Source of the DNA: an uncultured Gammaproteobacteria bacterium
GTDB lineage: Bacteria; Patescibacteriota; Patescibacteriia; SG8-24
Length of the DNA: 64,000 bases
Direction: 5' to 3'
Assembly: GCA_964626205.1 (NCBI GenBank)
Contig: CAZVED010000004.1
Coordinates: 2,163 to 66,162, forward strand
Shown one piece after another: positions 27,937 through 37,844 of this stretch. Numbering within the stretch: position 1 is the first letter of the stretch; every line of letters begins with the position of its first letter. The position numbers and the translations under genes are program-made. The notes under the pieces are model-generated. The model saw only the letters and a program-made list of their open reading frames with translations. It did no database searches and had not been told where the DNA came from.

Positions 27937-28206
27937 TCAACGATGTCTGGCGTGGTGCGCCGCACCACTGGTTCGTGGTGGTGCGGAATACCCGCCGTAT
28001 CGACCCTGCTCCTCACCCTCGCTCCAAACCGCCGATCCGAGGACGGCGAGGCAGGTGCCGAGGACGATCACGATTCCGGAAACGACGGTGGTACCCGTGT
28101 TGTTGTACGACTGCTGAGTGACGAACCAGCAGCCAGCGACGATCAAGACGAGGCCGCCGAGGAAAAGCACCGCACCGACCAAGCAAAAGAACAGTTCAGC
28201 GATCAC
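27937..28206 (-). CDS. Small membrane protein (~89 aa, 2 TM) with a GTG start
   Basis: AAGGAGG-N5-GTG sits at 28204-28206. The protein is VIAELFFCLVGAVLFLGGLVLIVAGCWFVTQQ...IVIVLGTCLAVLGSAVW. Confidence 0.4.
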   Translation of the reverse strand: MIAELFFCLVGAVLFLGGLVLIVAGCWFVTQQSYNNTGTTVVSGIVIVLGTCLAVLGSAVWSEGEEQGRYGGYSAPPRTSGAAHHARHR

Positions 28207-28359
28207 AACATCCTCCTTTTTTGCGCCCACTTTCAAGCAGTGCGCAGGTCGCGAACATAGCACGAAGCTACCCGAGCGTCAAGCCTACGCGACAGGCGCT
28301 TGCGCCTTCCGAGCTTCGCTGCTAGATAGGCCGCGTCACCTTTAGCCCCAACACCTCCT

Positions 28360-29874
28360 ATGCCCGCAAAGACCTATTCCTCTGCACTTGTCGGACTCGA
28401 TGCTGTACCCGTCGAGATTGAGGCCGACATTGCACCGGGACTCCCATCGTTCACTGTCGTCGGTCTTCCTGATACGACCGTGAAAGAATCCCGCGAACGC
28501 ATCCGCGCCGCATTCCGAAATTGCGGCCTCCCTTTTCCGCGCACGCGTCTCACGGTAAACCTCGCGCCAGCGCACATCCGGAAGGAAGGGCCTGCCTATG
28601 ACCTTCCCATCGCCGTGGCCATCCTCGCCGCACAAGACGCGCTTCCTGCGACAGCACTCACGACACCGCACGTCTTCCTCGGCGAGTTGGCTCTGAATGG
28701 CACACTCCGCCCGATTACCGGTGCGCTTCCTGCGGCATTAGGAGCGGCAGAGCACGGTATCCGTACGCTCTGTCTGCCCGCAGCAAATGCGGAAGAGGCA
28801 TCGCTTGCTCCAAGCGTCGACATCATTCCCATCATCGATCTTCCCCAACTCGTTCGACATTTCCAAGGAACGGAACCTGTTCCCGTATTCGCTAGGACGA
28901 CGACGTCTGTGGCAGCACCCGAAGCTGTCGCTGCTGACTTCGCGTCCGTCAAAGGGCAGTCTGCAGCGAAACGCGCGCTGGAGATCGCCGCTGCCGGTAA
29001 CCACAACATCCTTCTCTCCGGACCTCCCGGTGCCGGCAAGACCATGCTCTCCCGTGCGCTCCCGGGGATCCTACCTCCCATGACGACCGAGGAAACGCTC
29101 GAAGTGACAAAGATTCATTCCGTAACCGGCCTCACCTCCGGGGGCCGCATCGTCACCACGCGACCGTTCCGAACACCGCACCACTCCGCGTCAGGAGCAG
29201 CGCTCATCGGCGGCGGGTCGTGGCCGAAGCCTGGCGAGGTGAGCCTCGCTCATCGCGGAGTGCTCTTCCTCGACGAATTTCCTGAGTTCGCCCGCACCAC
29301 GCTCGAGTGCTTGCGCCAGCCGCTGGAGGACGGCATCGTTACCATCTCCCGCGCGAACGGCACGTTGCGCTTCCCGGCGGAATTCATGCTCGTTGCCGCG
29401 ATGAACCCGTGTCCTTGCGGCATGTCATCGGTGGATGGCTCCTCCTGCTCCTGTACGGCAGCGCAGGTCGCGGCATACGACAAGCGCGTCTCCGGGCCAC
29501 TACTCGACCGCATCGACCTGCATGTGCACGTTCCAAAAACGACGGTCGGCGATCTTTTCGATGCAACAAACGCCGAGCCCTCGTCCGCCGTACGCGCACG
29601 CGTCGAAGCATGTCGACGCGTGCAACAGAAAAGGTTCGCCGGTACGCGAATCCGTACCAATGCGGACATGGGGCATCGCGACGTGCAGAAACACTGCCGT
29701 ATCGACGTCGTCTCACGAGACATGCTCCGTGCGGCAGCGGAAAAAATGGGGCTCTCGGCACGCGCCTGCACGCGTGTCCTCAAGCTAGCGCGCACCATCG
29801 CCGATCTTGCCACCGAACCAGACATCAGCGCCTCACATCTTGCGGAAGCGCTACAGTTCCGGGAACGGCGCTAA
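28360..29874 (+). CDS. comM: YifB/ComM family Mg-chelatase-like AAA+ ATPase
   Basis: It has an N-terminal Lon-like domain, Walker A (GPPGAGKTMLSRALPGILP), Walker B (VLFLDEFPEF) and a C-terminal Mg-chelatase subunit ChlI-like region. Confidence 0.9.
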   Translation: MPAKTYSSALVGLDAVPVEIEADIAPGLPSFTVVGLPDTTVKESRERIRAAFRNCGLPFPRTRLTVNLAPAHIRKEGPAYDLPIAVAILAAQDALPATALTTPHVFLGELALNGTLRPITGALPAALGAAEHGIRTLCLPAANAEEASLAPSVDIIPIIDLPQLVRHFQGTEPVPVFARTTTSVAAPEAVAADFASVKGQSAAKRALEIAAAGNHNILLSGPPGAGKTMLSRALPGILPPMTTEETLEVTKIHSVTGLTSGGRIVTTRPFRTPHHSASGAALIGGGSWPKPGEVSLAHRGVLFLDEFPEFARTTLECLRQPLEDGIVTISRANGTLRFPAEFMLVAAMNPCPCGMSSVDGSSCSCTAAQVAAYDKRVSGPLLDRIDLHVHVPKTTVGDLFDATNAEPSSAVRARVEACRRVQQKRFAGTRIRTNADMGHRDVQKHCRIDVVSRDMLRAAAEKMGLSARACTRVLKLARTIADLATEPDISASHLAEALQFRERR

Positions 29875-29949
29875 ACCTGCAGGCGATCAGTCTTGACAAA
29901 ACACACTTAGGCGATTAGTGTGTCCGAACCCGTTCATTTGGAGGCTACC

Positions 29950-30378
29950 ATGCTGCACGATGCATTATCAGGACGCAACGATGAGGTACCCGAGGCGGAA
30001 AACGTCCGTGGGTGGGCGGCATTCCACGCGAGAAACGAGCTCGATGGTTCTCGCATCCTGATCCACACCTACGACCGCATCACCTCAGCGACCATTACCA
30101 AGGCGACGACGTTCCGCGATGATGGAGCGGGGGGATGCCTCCTGCAAAACGTCCGGCGCGCGACGAAGCTGAAGGGTCACGACGTTCGCAAGCCGTTCGA
30201 GAAGGCGCGCGACCAAACGTTCCGTCTCGACCCGCGCGCCTGCAAGATCGAAGAGCTCGGCGACGGCACCTACTACTTCGAGACCACGAACTCCGGCGCG
30301 GAACGCATCTACGGATTCATCTTCCCGCGCGCACGCTACCTTCTTTCCTTCCTCTTGAGGGCGCCCGTCGAGGCCTGA
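29950..30378 (+). CDS. Hypothetical protein (~142 aa)
   Basis: GGAGG-N5-ATG sits at 29950. Upstream is a TTGACA-N17-TAGTGT promoter-like element overlapping the inverted repeat ACACACT-N9-AGTGTGT. Confidence 0.45.
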   Translation: MLHDALSGRNDEVPEAENVRGWAAFHARNELDGSRILIHTYDRITSATITKATTFRDDGAGGCLLQNVRRATKLKGHDVRKPFEKARDQTFRLDPRACKIEELGDGTYYFETTNSGAERIYGFIFPRARYLLSFLLRAPVEA

Positions 30379-30379
30379 C

Positions 30380-30426
30380 AAAAAAAACGAATCCCGCCCT
30401 TCGCATGGGGCGGGATTTCTTTTTCC
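30380..30426. terminator. Bidirectional terminator (aatcccgccc-ttcgcat-ggggcgggatt, A8 before / T-run after)
   Basis: A strong hairpin sits between convergent genes. Confidence 0.65.
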
Positions 30427-30436
30427 GGCAATACCA

Positions 30437-31852
30437 TTACCGGACGTAGCTGAATGGGTTGACGCGGTTGTAGATGCCGCCTTTCATGACCTCGAAGTGA
30501 AGGTGTGGGCCTGTCGATCGACCAGTCGACCCCATGAGAGCAATCACGTCTCCGCGAGCGACCGTGTCGCCAACGCTGACAAGGTTGCGCGTGGAGTGCG
30601 CGTAGCGCGTGTATAGGCTGTTACCGTGATCGAGAATGATCATGTTGCCGTAACCGCCGGAATTCCATCCGGAGAAGACCACTGTTCCGTCCGTCGCGGC
30701 GTAGATTGGCGTGCGCATCGGACCGGCGATGTCGACGCCGGTGTGTCGTGGACCATAGTACTGCGTGATGCGACGGACGCCAGCCGGCCACACCATCTCA
30801 TTCTCACCGACCTCTTCGGTGGATGGCGGCGGAATCGGTGTAGGTGTCGCTGGGGCAGCGGGTGTGGGTGGACGCGTCGGTGTCGTAGCGACGTACCTCG
30901 GGGGCGGCGGTGCGGGCGGTTTCGCACCAGGAAGGACGAGTGTCTCCCCGATACGCAGGCCGGCGGATTCGACAATGCCGTTCGCATCCATAATCGTCGT
31001 CGCCGGAATGGCGTATGTCGAAGCGATGCGTGCGACCGTATCTCCGCTCTTCACCTTGTAGGAAACGCCGTCGTCAGGAAGGATGCGTAACGTCTGACCG
31101 GGGCGGATAACGGACCATGAGTTGAGGTTGTTCTCCCACAGGATGGTCGTCGTGTTGAGACCGAAACGTCGTGCGATCGTCCCGATGGAATCCCCCTGCT
31201 CTACCACGTACTCGACAATTTGCGTCCGTGTAGGGCCAGTGCTCGATGACGCGCCTTCGCCCGTCGGAATCGGACGTACCGCGTTCACGATATGCGACGC
31301 CGCACTGTCGTCATACATCCCGTCATCGGTGCCGAAATACCCTCCGGTTTCATCGTCTGCCGGGTAATAGTCGCGCATGCTGAGCGCGTGAGTCCCAAGA
31401 TATGACACATCCCGCCGCTCGCCGGCGACCGCCTCCCATGCAGCGCCCTGAATCACGACGTCCTCTTCACCGTACAACAACGTCGTTTCGGCAAGGATGC
31501 CGCCGTCGACGGCTATCTCCGGCGTTGCAGCGAATTCGTTCGCATAGATGTTGTTGCCGCTGACCAACAGCGCGACACACAGCACCGTAACCGATGCCGC
31601 GTGTCGTCCGATAAGCACGTGACGGAACGCCCCTCGTGCCGGCTCATAAAAAGAAAGCGCCACCTTACGAACGCGCCGGTACGCCGAATACGTGACGGTC
31701 AGAAGCGGAAACACTAACGCGTGCCACACCACTTTCGCTGGAACGCTGATGACCGAAAAAACAAGAAAGGTGGCCACTTTCTTGAGTCCGACGAGCCCCT
31801 TCATGACCCACAACAACAGTCTGATGGCCCATTTTTTGACGACTTTCGGCAT
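30437..31852 (-). CDS. M23 family metallopeptidase with two LysM domains and an N-terminal membrane anchor
   Basis: The C-terminal M23 motifs are YGNMIILDHGNSLYTRYAHS...GSTGRSTGPHLHFEV. The LysM domains are YVVEQGDSIGTIARRFG and YKVKSGDTVARIASTY. The start is uncertain (ATG 31852 or TTG 31918). Confidence 0.85.
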   Translation of the reverse strand: MPKVVKKWAIRLLLWVMKGLVGLKKVATFLVFSVISVPAKVVWHALVFPLLTVTYSAYRRVRKVALSFYEPARGAFRHVLIGRHAASVTVLCVALLVSGNNIYANEFAATPEIAVDGGILAETTLLYGEEDVVIQGAAWEAVAGERRDVSYLGTHALSMRDYYPADDETGGYFGTDDGMYDDSAASHIVNAVRPIPTGEGASSSTGPTRTQIVEYVVEQGDSIGTIARRFGLNTTTILWENNLNSWSVIRPGQTLRILPDDGVSYKVKSGDTVARIASTYAIPATTIMDANGIVESAGLRIGETLVLPGAKPPAPPPPRYVATTPTRPPTPAAPATPTPIPPPSTEEVGENEMVWPAGVRRITQYYGPRHTGVDIAGPMRTPIYAATDGTVVFSGWNSGGYGNMIILDHGNSLYTRYAHSTRNLVSVGDTVARGDVIALMGSTGRSTGPHLHFEVMKGGIYNRVNPFSYVR

Positions 31853-32026
31853 GGTGGTCGCGGCACTGTTAGTGCCGGATAAGAGTTCTACCGTACCACC
31901 GACCCGCGATAGCGTCAACGCCCTTTCGCTGTGTTGAGCCTAAAAAAGCATTTTTTAGCTCCTCTTGCCGCTTGCCCGCAGCGCCCGCTCGTGATAGGAA
32001 AACCCTGTCCTTGTCTGGAGGTTTCT

Positions 32027-32851
32027 ATGCCCGAGAATCGACACTCGTTCTTTGCTCGTATCGACTTCATGTCGCCCACCGAGCTCGCGCTCATCTGCGA
32101 CGCCTACGACCTCGCGAAAGCAACGCACAAGAACCAGTTCCGCAAGGAAATCGGTCCTGATGGCACTCCGAAGCGATACTTCGAACATGTCCGCGAAGCC
32201 GCCATCATTGCAATCGACGAGCTTGGCATCACGGACCCCTCCGTCATCGCGCTCATTCTGATGCACGACGTCCTCGAGGATGCCGAACCCGCAGCCGATG
32301 TAACGCCGGAAAAAATCGAACGTCGTTTCGACCCGCTCATGACGCGACGCTTGCTCCTCCTCAGCAAGAAGCGCGTTCCGAAAAACGCCCTGATGCTGGA
32401 AAAGGAGGGGTTGCGGGCAGAGTACGTGTATCGCCTGCACCATTTCGCCGACCTGACCGTCCTTTTGGCAAAAGGCCTCGACCGGCTGCACAACCTGCGC
32501 ACGCTCTGCTGCAACGGAACGACGACTGACTTCATCCAGAAGCAGTGTCGCGAGACACGCTCAGACTACGTCCCGTTGTTCGCCAAAATGGAAGAGGTTG
32601 CGCGCGGAACAGTCTTCCATGCTGCAGCACTGCAACTGCGCATCCTCATCCATGAAGAGCTTGTTCGTTGCGAGATGCGGCTCGCTCGGAAAAGGCGTGG
32701 GCCCATCCTTGGCACACCGGCTCCCATCGAAGATGACAACGCCTTCAGTGGCGATCATGGTGTGGTCGTCGAAAAACCCTCCGAAGGCCCCTCCGTGTCC
32801 GACGGAGGCGCTGTCTGCGCTGATCATGCCGCTCGCCTCGACCGCGGCTGA
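32027..32851 (+). CDS. HD-domain hydrolase, RelA/SpoT-type (p)ppGpp hydrolase-like
   Basis: The sequence ...YFEHVREAAIIAIDELGITDPSVIALILMHDVLEDAEP matches the SpoT HD motif. GGAGG-N6-ATG sits at 32027. Confidence 0.6.
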   Translation: MPENRHSFFARIDFMSPTELALICDAYDLAKATHKNQFRKEIGPDGTPKRYFEHVREAAIIAIDELGITDPSVIALILMHDVLEDAEPAADVTPEKIERRFDPLMTRRLLLLSKKRVPKNALMLEKEGLRAEYVYRLHHFADLTVLLAKGLDRLHNLRTLCCNGTTTDFIQKQCRETRSDYVPLFAKMEEVARGTVFHAAALQLRILIHEELVRCEMRLARKRRGPILGTPAPIEDDNAFSGDHGVVVEKPSEGPSVSDGGAVCADHAARLDRG

Positions 32852-32854
32852 CTC

Positions 32855-32887
32855 GCAACCGCCCTAAAAGGGCGGTTTTCTTTTTCC
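32855..32887 (+). terminator. Terminator (aaccgccc-taaaa-gggcggtt + T-run)
   Basis: A hairpin plus U-run follows the HD gene. Confidence 0.65.
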
Positions 32888-32980
32888 TGCTTATTTTGGG
32901 GCTATTCCGTTGACATTATCCCCTTAGCTCGCCTATGATTCCTCCGTTATTCATTCATTTCGCTCCGGCCCCATTGGCCG

Positions 32981-35002
32981 TTGACGCTAACAAACGTTAT
33001 GGAAAAAGCCTTACTTTATTCGATTTTGGCAGGCCTCCTCGCCGTCGCCTACGGCTGGGTCCTGATCCGCTGGGTGCTCGCAAAGCCTCAAGGAAACGAG
33101 ACGATGGTCGGTATCGCGAAGGCGATTCAGGAAGGCGCTAACGCCTACCTTCGCCGCCAGACCAAGTCCGCGTCCGTTGTCGCGGCAGTCCTCTTTATCC
33201 TGCTCTGGCTCAGCCTCGGTGCTACCACCGCCGTCGCCTTCCTCGTCGGAGCAGTACTCTCCGGCCTCGCAGGCTTCATCGGCATGCGCGTTTCCGTGCA
33301 AGCGAACGTCCGTACGACTGAAGCCGCGAAGACCGGTCTTCGCGAAGCGTTCGATGTCGCCTTCCGTGGCGGCGCTGTCACCGGCATGCTCGTTGTCGGT
33401 CTCGGCCTTCTCGGTGTCGCCGGCTACTATGCGCTCACGCACGACGTGAACGCGCTCATCGGCCTCGGCTTCGGTGGCTCGCTTATCTCCGTTTTCGCAC
33501 GTCTCGGCGGCGGCATCTACACCAAAGCAGCTGACGTCGGTGCCGACCTCGTGGGCAAAGTAGAGGCAGGCATCCCTGAAGACGACCCGCGCAACCCGGC
33601 CGTCATCGCCGACAACGTTGGTGACAACGTCGGTGACTGCGCCGGTATGGCTGCTGACCTCTTCGAGACGTACGCCGTCACCGCCATCGCGGCGATGCTG
33701 CTTGGCTCGCTCGTCTTCGGCACGGAAACCGCCATCCTGTATCCGCTCGTACTCGGCGCCATCTCCATTGTGGCATCCATCGCCGGCACGTTCGTCGTAA
33801 AGATTGGCGAAAACAAGAACATCATGGCCGCCCTGTATAAGGGCCTTGCTGGCGCATCCGTTGTCGCCGCCGCGCTCTTCTGGCCGGTCACGCAATCGAT
33901 GATGGGTGAGAACGGCCTGTACTCTGCCGGTCGCATCTATCTCGCAGCTCTTGTCGGCCTTGCAGTCACAGGCCTCATCTTCGTCATCACGGAGTTCTAC
34001 ACTGGCACGGAATACTCCCCTGTTCGTCACATTGCCAAAGCTTCTGAATCTGGTCACGGCACCAACATCATCGCCGGCCTTGGGGTCTCGATGCGCTCGA
34101 CCGCAGCACCCGTCCTCGTCATCGTCGCGGGCATCCTCTCCTCGTTCGCGCTCGCTGGCGAGTACGGTGTCGCCATCGCATCCATGGCAATGCTCTCGCT
34201 CACTGGCATCATCGTTGCGATCGACGCCTATGGCCCAATTACAGACAACGCTGGCGGCATCGCGGAGATGTCCGGCCTTCCGGAATCCGTTCGCGCTGTC
34301 ACTGACCCGCTCGATGCAGTCGGTAACACCACGAAGGCCGTGACAAAGGGCTATGCTATCGGCTCTGCCGGTCTCGCCGCTGTCGTCCTCTTCTCCGCCT
34401 ACACGCATGAACTCAAGAACGCGGGCCTGGATCTCGCCTTCTCACTCTCTGAACCGAAGGTGCTCGTTGGTCTCTTCCTCGGCGGCCTCATTACCTACCT
34501 CTTTGGCGCAATGGCCATGGAGGCTGTCGGTCGCACGGCCCAGCAGGTCGTGGAGGAAGTTCGCCGCCAGTTCAAGGCAATCCCTGGCATCATGGAAGGC
34601 ACGGCTAAGCCGGAATACGGCCGCTGCGTCGACATCGTGACAGCAGCAGCAATCAAAGAAATGGTCGTTCCAGCCCTCCTCCCGATCGCCGCTCCGGTTA
34701 TCGTCGGTGTCGTCTTCAAGGAGATGCTCGGACCCGAAGCACTCGGCGGCATGCTCGTCGGCGCCATCGTCTCCGGCATCTTCGTCGCCATCTCCATGAC
34801 CACCGGTGGTGCAGCGTGGGACAACGCGAAGAAGTACATCGAGCTCGGCAACCACGGCGGCAAGGGCTCCTTCGCTCACCAAGCTGCGGTTACTGGCGAC
34901 ACGGTCGGTGATCCGTACAAGGACACCGCTGGTCCGGCAATCAACCCGATGATCAAGATCCTCAACATCGTCGCGCTCCTCATTGTGGGGCTGATGGTCT
35001 AA
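32981..35002 (+). CDS. hppA: Membrane-bound proton/sodium-translocating pyrophosphatase
   Basis: This is a 673-aa polytopic protein with typical H+-PPase motifs ([20 protein letters not shown]; [19 protein letters not shown]). Confidence 0.9.
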   Translation: MTLTNVMEKALLYSILAGLLAVAYGWVLIRWVLAKPQGNETMVGIAKAIQEGANAYLRRQTKSASVVAAVLFILLWLSLGATTAVAFLVGAVLSGLAGFIGMRVSVQANVRTTEAAKTGLREAFDVAFRGGAVTGMLVVGLGLLGVAGYYALTHDVNALIGLGFGGSLISVFARLGGGIYTKAADVGADLVGKVEAGIPEDDPRNPAVIADNVGDNVGDCAGMAADLFETYAVTAIAAMLLGSLVFGTETAILYPLVLGAISIVASIAGTFVVKIGENKNIMAALYKGLAGASVVAAALFWPVTQSMMGENGLYSAGRIYLAALVGLAVTGLIFVITEFYTGTEYSPVRHIAKASESGHGTNIIAGLGVSMRSTAAPVLVIVAGILSSFALAGEYGVAIASMAMLSLTGIIVAIDAYGPITDNAGGIAEMSGLPESVRAVTDPLDAVGNTTKAVTKGYAIGSAGLAAVVLFSAYTHELKNAGLDLAFSLSEPKVLVGLFLGGLITYLFGAMAMEAVGRTAQQVVEEVRRQFKAIPGIMEGTAKPEYGRCVDIVTAAAIKEMVVPALLPIAAPVIVGVVFKEMLGPEALGGMLVGAIVSGIFVAISMTTGGAAWDNAKKYIELGNHGGKGSFAHQAAVTGDTVGDPYKDTAGPAINPMIKILNIVALLIVGLMV

Positions 35003-35011
35003 GGAACTGGA

Positions 35012-35041
35012 AGGCGGCTCCCTCAAGGGGGCCGTTTTTTA
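35012..35041 (+). terminator. hppA terminator (ggctccc-tcaa-gggggcc + T6)
   Basis: The stem (with one GU pair) is followed by a U-run. Confidence 0.55.
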
Positions 35042-35092
35042 TATTACAAAACCGCTATTCGATGCTACGGTATATATACAAAGGGGGTGCCT

Positions 35093-35242
35093 ATGACCAC
35101 CGCTCCTTCGGTCCTTGTCGGCGGACTTATCTACTACGTTCTTCACATCATGTTCGGCGTCGGATTCCTTCCCACGTTCATTGTCGGAATGCTCTTTATG
35201 GCAGCCTCCGGCTACATCGCACGACGACGCTTCGATGATTGA
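35093..35242 (+). CDS. Small hydrophobic protein (49 aa, 2 predicted TM) not in the ORF track
   Basis: AAGGGGGTG-N4-ATG. The protein is MTTAPSVLVGGLIYYVLHIMFGVGFLPTFIVGMLFMAASGYIARRRFDD. Confidence 0.4.
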   Translation: MTTAPSVLVGGLIYYVLHIMFGVGFLPTFIVGMLFMAASGYIARRRFDD

Positions 35243-35309
35243 CAAATGCGTCTTTTTATGCTATGGTAAGCAGTCAATGATGGTTCGTTTTTGCTGAAAG
35301 GAGGGCAAC

Positions 35310-35393
35310 ATGCCCAGCTTCGAACAACTCCTGATTTTCGGCGGCGGAGCCGGTTGGCTCGTGGTAATCGTCGCCGTCTGCTACGCACTCTAA
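35310..35393 (+). CDS. Tiny hydrophobic peptide (27 aa) not in the ORF track
   Basis: AAAGGAGGG-N4-ATG. The protein is MPSFEQLLIFGGGAGWLVVIVAVCYAL. It is followed by a hairpin at 35404-35436. Confidence 0.3.
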   Translation: MPSFEQLLIFGGGAGWLVVIVAVCYAL

Positions 35394-35403
35394 CACCCTC
35401 GCC

Positions 35404-35436
35404 TGACCGCCTCTCTTCTTAGAGGGGCGGTCTTTC
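35404..35436 (+). terminator. Terminator-like hairpin (gaccgcctct...agaggggcggtc + tttcatt)
   Basis: This imperfect stem-loop sits upstream of tig. Confidence 0.4.
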
Positions 35437-35498
35437 ATTGTTGACAACCTGTGGATTCCTGCCTATACTCTCAAGTCATACCCTTAAAACGTCCGCTT

Positions 35499-36785
35499 AT
35501 GGAGATGAAATCGAAGCAGCTTCCCAAGAATGGGTTGGAACTGACCTTCACGCTCACATTGGAAGACATCCGCGCCGACCTCGAGCGCAGCGCAAACGAG
35601 CTCACGGAGAAGCGTCCACTGGAGGGCTACCGCCCCGGCAAGGCTCCGTACGACATCGTCAAGAACCGTTTCGGAGAAATGGCGATCTACGAGAACGCGC
35701 TTCCGACGATTATTCGTCGCACCTATGCGCGCGCCATCATCGACGGAAAGCTTCGTCCGTTTGGCGAACCGGACATCAAGGTCACCAAAATGGCTCCAGG
35801 TAACAACCTTGAGTTCACGGCGACCATTGTCCTTGTTCCGAACATCTTGAAGCTCGCCGACTACATGGCGATCAAAGTGAGGCGCAACACGGTGACAGTC
35901 GACGAGAAAGAAGTCGATAAGACCGTCAACCAGCTCGCCAAGATGCAGATTAAGGACGCCAAAGTCGAACGCGCGTTGACCGACAAGGACAAGGCTGTCG
36001 TTGATATGTTCATGAGCATCGACAACGTCCCACTCGAAGGCGGACAGGCACTGGACCACAGCGTCTACCTTAACGAGGAGTACTTCATCCCCGGCCTCAA
36101 GGAGAAGATCGTCGGTGCCAACGCCGGCGAAGAACGGGTGTTCTCACTTCCGTTCCCAAAGGATCACTTCAAGAAAGAACTTGCCGGCAAGACTGTCGAC
36201 TTCAAGGTAAAGGTCAAGGAGGTCTACGAACTCATCCACCCAACGATTGACGAAACATTCGCCAAGTCGCTCGGTCAAGAATCCGTCGAAAAACTCCGCG
36301 AGCTCATCAAGCAAAACCTCACATCCGAGGCAGACGAAAAGGAAGACCAGCGCGCAGACAACGAGTTCCTCGAAAAGCTCGTTGAGAAAACAACGTTTGA
36401 GGATGTCTCCGACACCATTGTGAACCAAGAGATCGAGCGGATGATGCACGAGCTGGAACACAACGTCGAAGCCCAGGGTGGGAAGTTCGAGGACTACCTC
36501 ACAAGCATCAAGAAGACCGAGGGTGACCTGAAGCTCGAGATGGTCCCACAGGCGCTGAAGCGCATCAAGATTGCGCTCATCATCCGCGATATCGGCGAGC
36601 GCGAAAAGGTCGAGGCTGAAGACGCCGAGGTGATCGCTGAGCAGACAAAGCTCCTCAACAAGTATCCGGATAACGCCGAGGCGCAGGAACAGATTCGCTC
36701 CGAAGATTACGCTGACTACCTCCGCACGACCATCAAAAACCGTAAGGTCGTGGAATTGCTCCGCAAGGTCGGTGTGGAGCGCTAA
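35499..36785 (+). CDS. tig: Trigger factor
   Basis: The protein has an N-terminal ribosome-binding domain, a PPIase domain and a C-terminal domain. It reads MEMKSKQLPKNGLELTFTLTLEDIRADL... Confidence 0.9.
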   Translation: MEMKSKQLPKNGLELTFTLTLEDIRADLERSANELTEKRPLEGYRPGKAPYDIVKNRFGEMAIYENALPTIIRRTYARAIIDGKLRPFGEPDIKVTKMAPGNNLEFTATIVLVPNILKLADYMAIKVRRNTVTVDEKEVDKTVNQLAKMQIKDAKVERALTDKDKAVVDMFMSIDNVPLEGGQALDHSVYLNEEYFIPGLKEKIVGANAGEERVFSLPFPKDHFKKELAGKTVDFKVKVKEVYELIHPTIDETFAKSLGQESVEKLRELIKQNLTSEADEKEDQRADNEFLEKLVEKTTFEDVSDTIVNQEIERMMHELEHNVEAQGGKFEDYLTSIKKTEGDLKLEMVPQALKRIKIALIIRDIGEREKVEAEDAEVIAEQTKLLNKYPDNAEAQEQIRSEDYADYLRTTIKNRKVVELLRKVGVER

Positions 36786-36797
36786 ACGTAAGACTCC

Positions 36798-37028
36798 ATG
36801 ACTGAACGGCGCATTACCGTGAAAGCCCGTCCGAGGTCCCGAGAGCGCTCTATAAAGGAGCTTGGGCCGGACACGTATGAAATCCGTACCACGGAACCGC
36901 CGGATAAGGGGAAGGCGAATGAGGATATTGTGGACATCCTTGCCGAACACCTCGATGTCCCGAAATCTTCCATTGAATTGCTTCGTGGGGCGACAGCATC
37001 AATGAAAACATTCAAAATAACCGCTTAA
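36798..37028 (+). CDS. DUF167 (YggU-like) small protein
   Basis: The sequence ITVKARPRSRERSI...TEPPDKGKANEDIVDILAEHLDVPKSSIELLRGATASMKTFKI matches the DUF167 pattern. Confidence 0.65.
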   Translation: MTERRITVKARPRSRERSIKELGPDTYEIRTTEPPDKGKANEDIVDILAEHLDVPKSSIELLRGATASMKTFKITA

Positions 37029-37050
37029 CAAAGCGGTTATTTTGTTTTTG
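37014..37050. terminator. Bidirectional terminator (aataaccgctt-aaca-aagcggttatt + T-run) overlapping the DUF167 stop codon
   Basis: A perfect 11-bp stem sits between DUF167 (+) and yidD (-). Confidence 0.6.
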
Positions 37051-37294
37051 GAACTTCGTCAATTCCTCCCTTGTTCCACGGGTTGCAGCGTACGATTCTC
37101 CACGCAGCAAGGTTCAAACCTTTAATTATCCCGAACCTATCCACAGCGATAAGCCCATACTCTGAGCATGTTGGGTGAAACTTGCAGTATCCGTACGGAA
37201 ACAGTTTTTTGAGCGGCCCGTGGTCCGGCGATAGTGTCTTTTGGTACGCCCGAATCGCTGCTAAAACGGTCTTTTTTGCGGATTCAGCAATCAT
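37037..37294 (-). CDS. yidD: Membrane protein insertion efficiency factor YidD
   Basis: The sequence YQKTLSPDHGPLKKLFPYGYCKFHPTCSEYGLIAVDRFGIIKG is conserved in YidD. Confidence 0.85.
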   Translation of the reverse strand: MIAESAKKTVLAAIRAYQKTLSPDHGPLKKLFPYGYCKFHPTCSEYGLIAVDRFGIIKGLNLAAWRIVRCNPWNKGGIDEVPKTK

Positions 37295-37635
37295 GTCCGT
37301 AAAAGATTCGCCTTCTTCAAAAGGTTGTCCAGGCTCTGACGAAGATCCGCGGGGGGTAGCGTCAACGTCTGTGCCTTCGTCATGATGACGATATCAAGAC
37401 CGGGAGCCAGGTCCCCCACCCGTTTCCGAACCGCCTCACGAAGACGACGCTTCAGAAGATTGCGAACGACTGCTTTTTTGGAAACCTTCGTGCTCACAAC
37501 GAAAGCAACCCTGCTCTCCGGGAGGTTGTTGCGGACGGCACGGACGCTTAACGCGTTGCCGTGTGTCGTCTTTCCTTTCTTGAAAATCCTTCCGAAATCG
37601 CGCTCGGAAGTGAGGCGGTTGCGTTTTTGCAACAT
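37291..37635 (-). CDS. rnpA: RNase P protein component
   Basis: The protein is MLQKRNRLTSERDFGRIFKKGKTTHGNALSV...RNLLKRRLREAVRK. It overlaps the yidD start by 4 nt. Confidence 0.85.
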   Translation of the reverse strand: MLQKRNRLTSERDFGRIFKKGKTTHGNALSVRAVRNNLPESRVAFVVSTKVSKKAVVRNLLKRRLREAVRKRVGDLAPGLDIVIMTKAQTLTLPPADLRQSLDNLLKKANLLRT

Positions 37636-37682
37636 ATGGAAAGTCCGTACCCGGCTTGCGTTCCCGTGGTACGGACGTCGGA

Positions 37683-37844
37683 TTACTTCTTGGAGCGGAC
37701 CTTCGACTTGACGCTGAGCTTTTTGCGTCCTTTGGCGCGACGGCGCTGAAGGACCTGGCGACCCTTTGCCGTGCTCATGCGCTTGCGAAACCCGTGGGTC
37801 TTTGCACGCTTCTTTTTCTTCGGTTGATACGTTCGTTTTGGCAT
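37683..37844 (-). CDS. rpmH: 50S ribosomal protein L34
   Basis: The protein is [45 protein letters not shown]. The track start is 7 codons upstream. Confidence 0.9.
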   Translation of the reverse strand: MPKRTYQPKKKKRAKTHGFRKRMSTAKGRQVLQRRRAKGRKKLSVKSKVRSKK

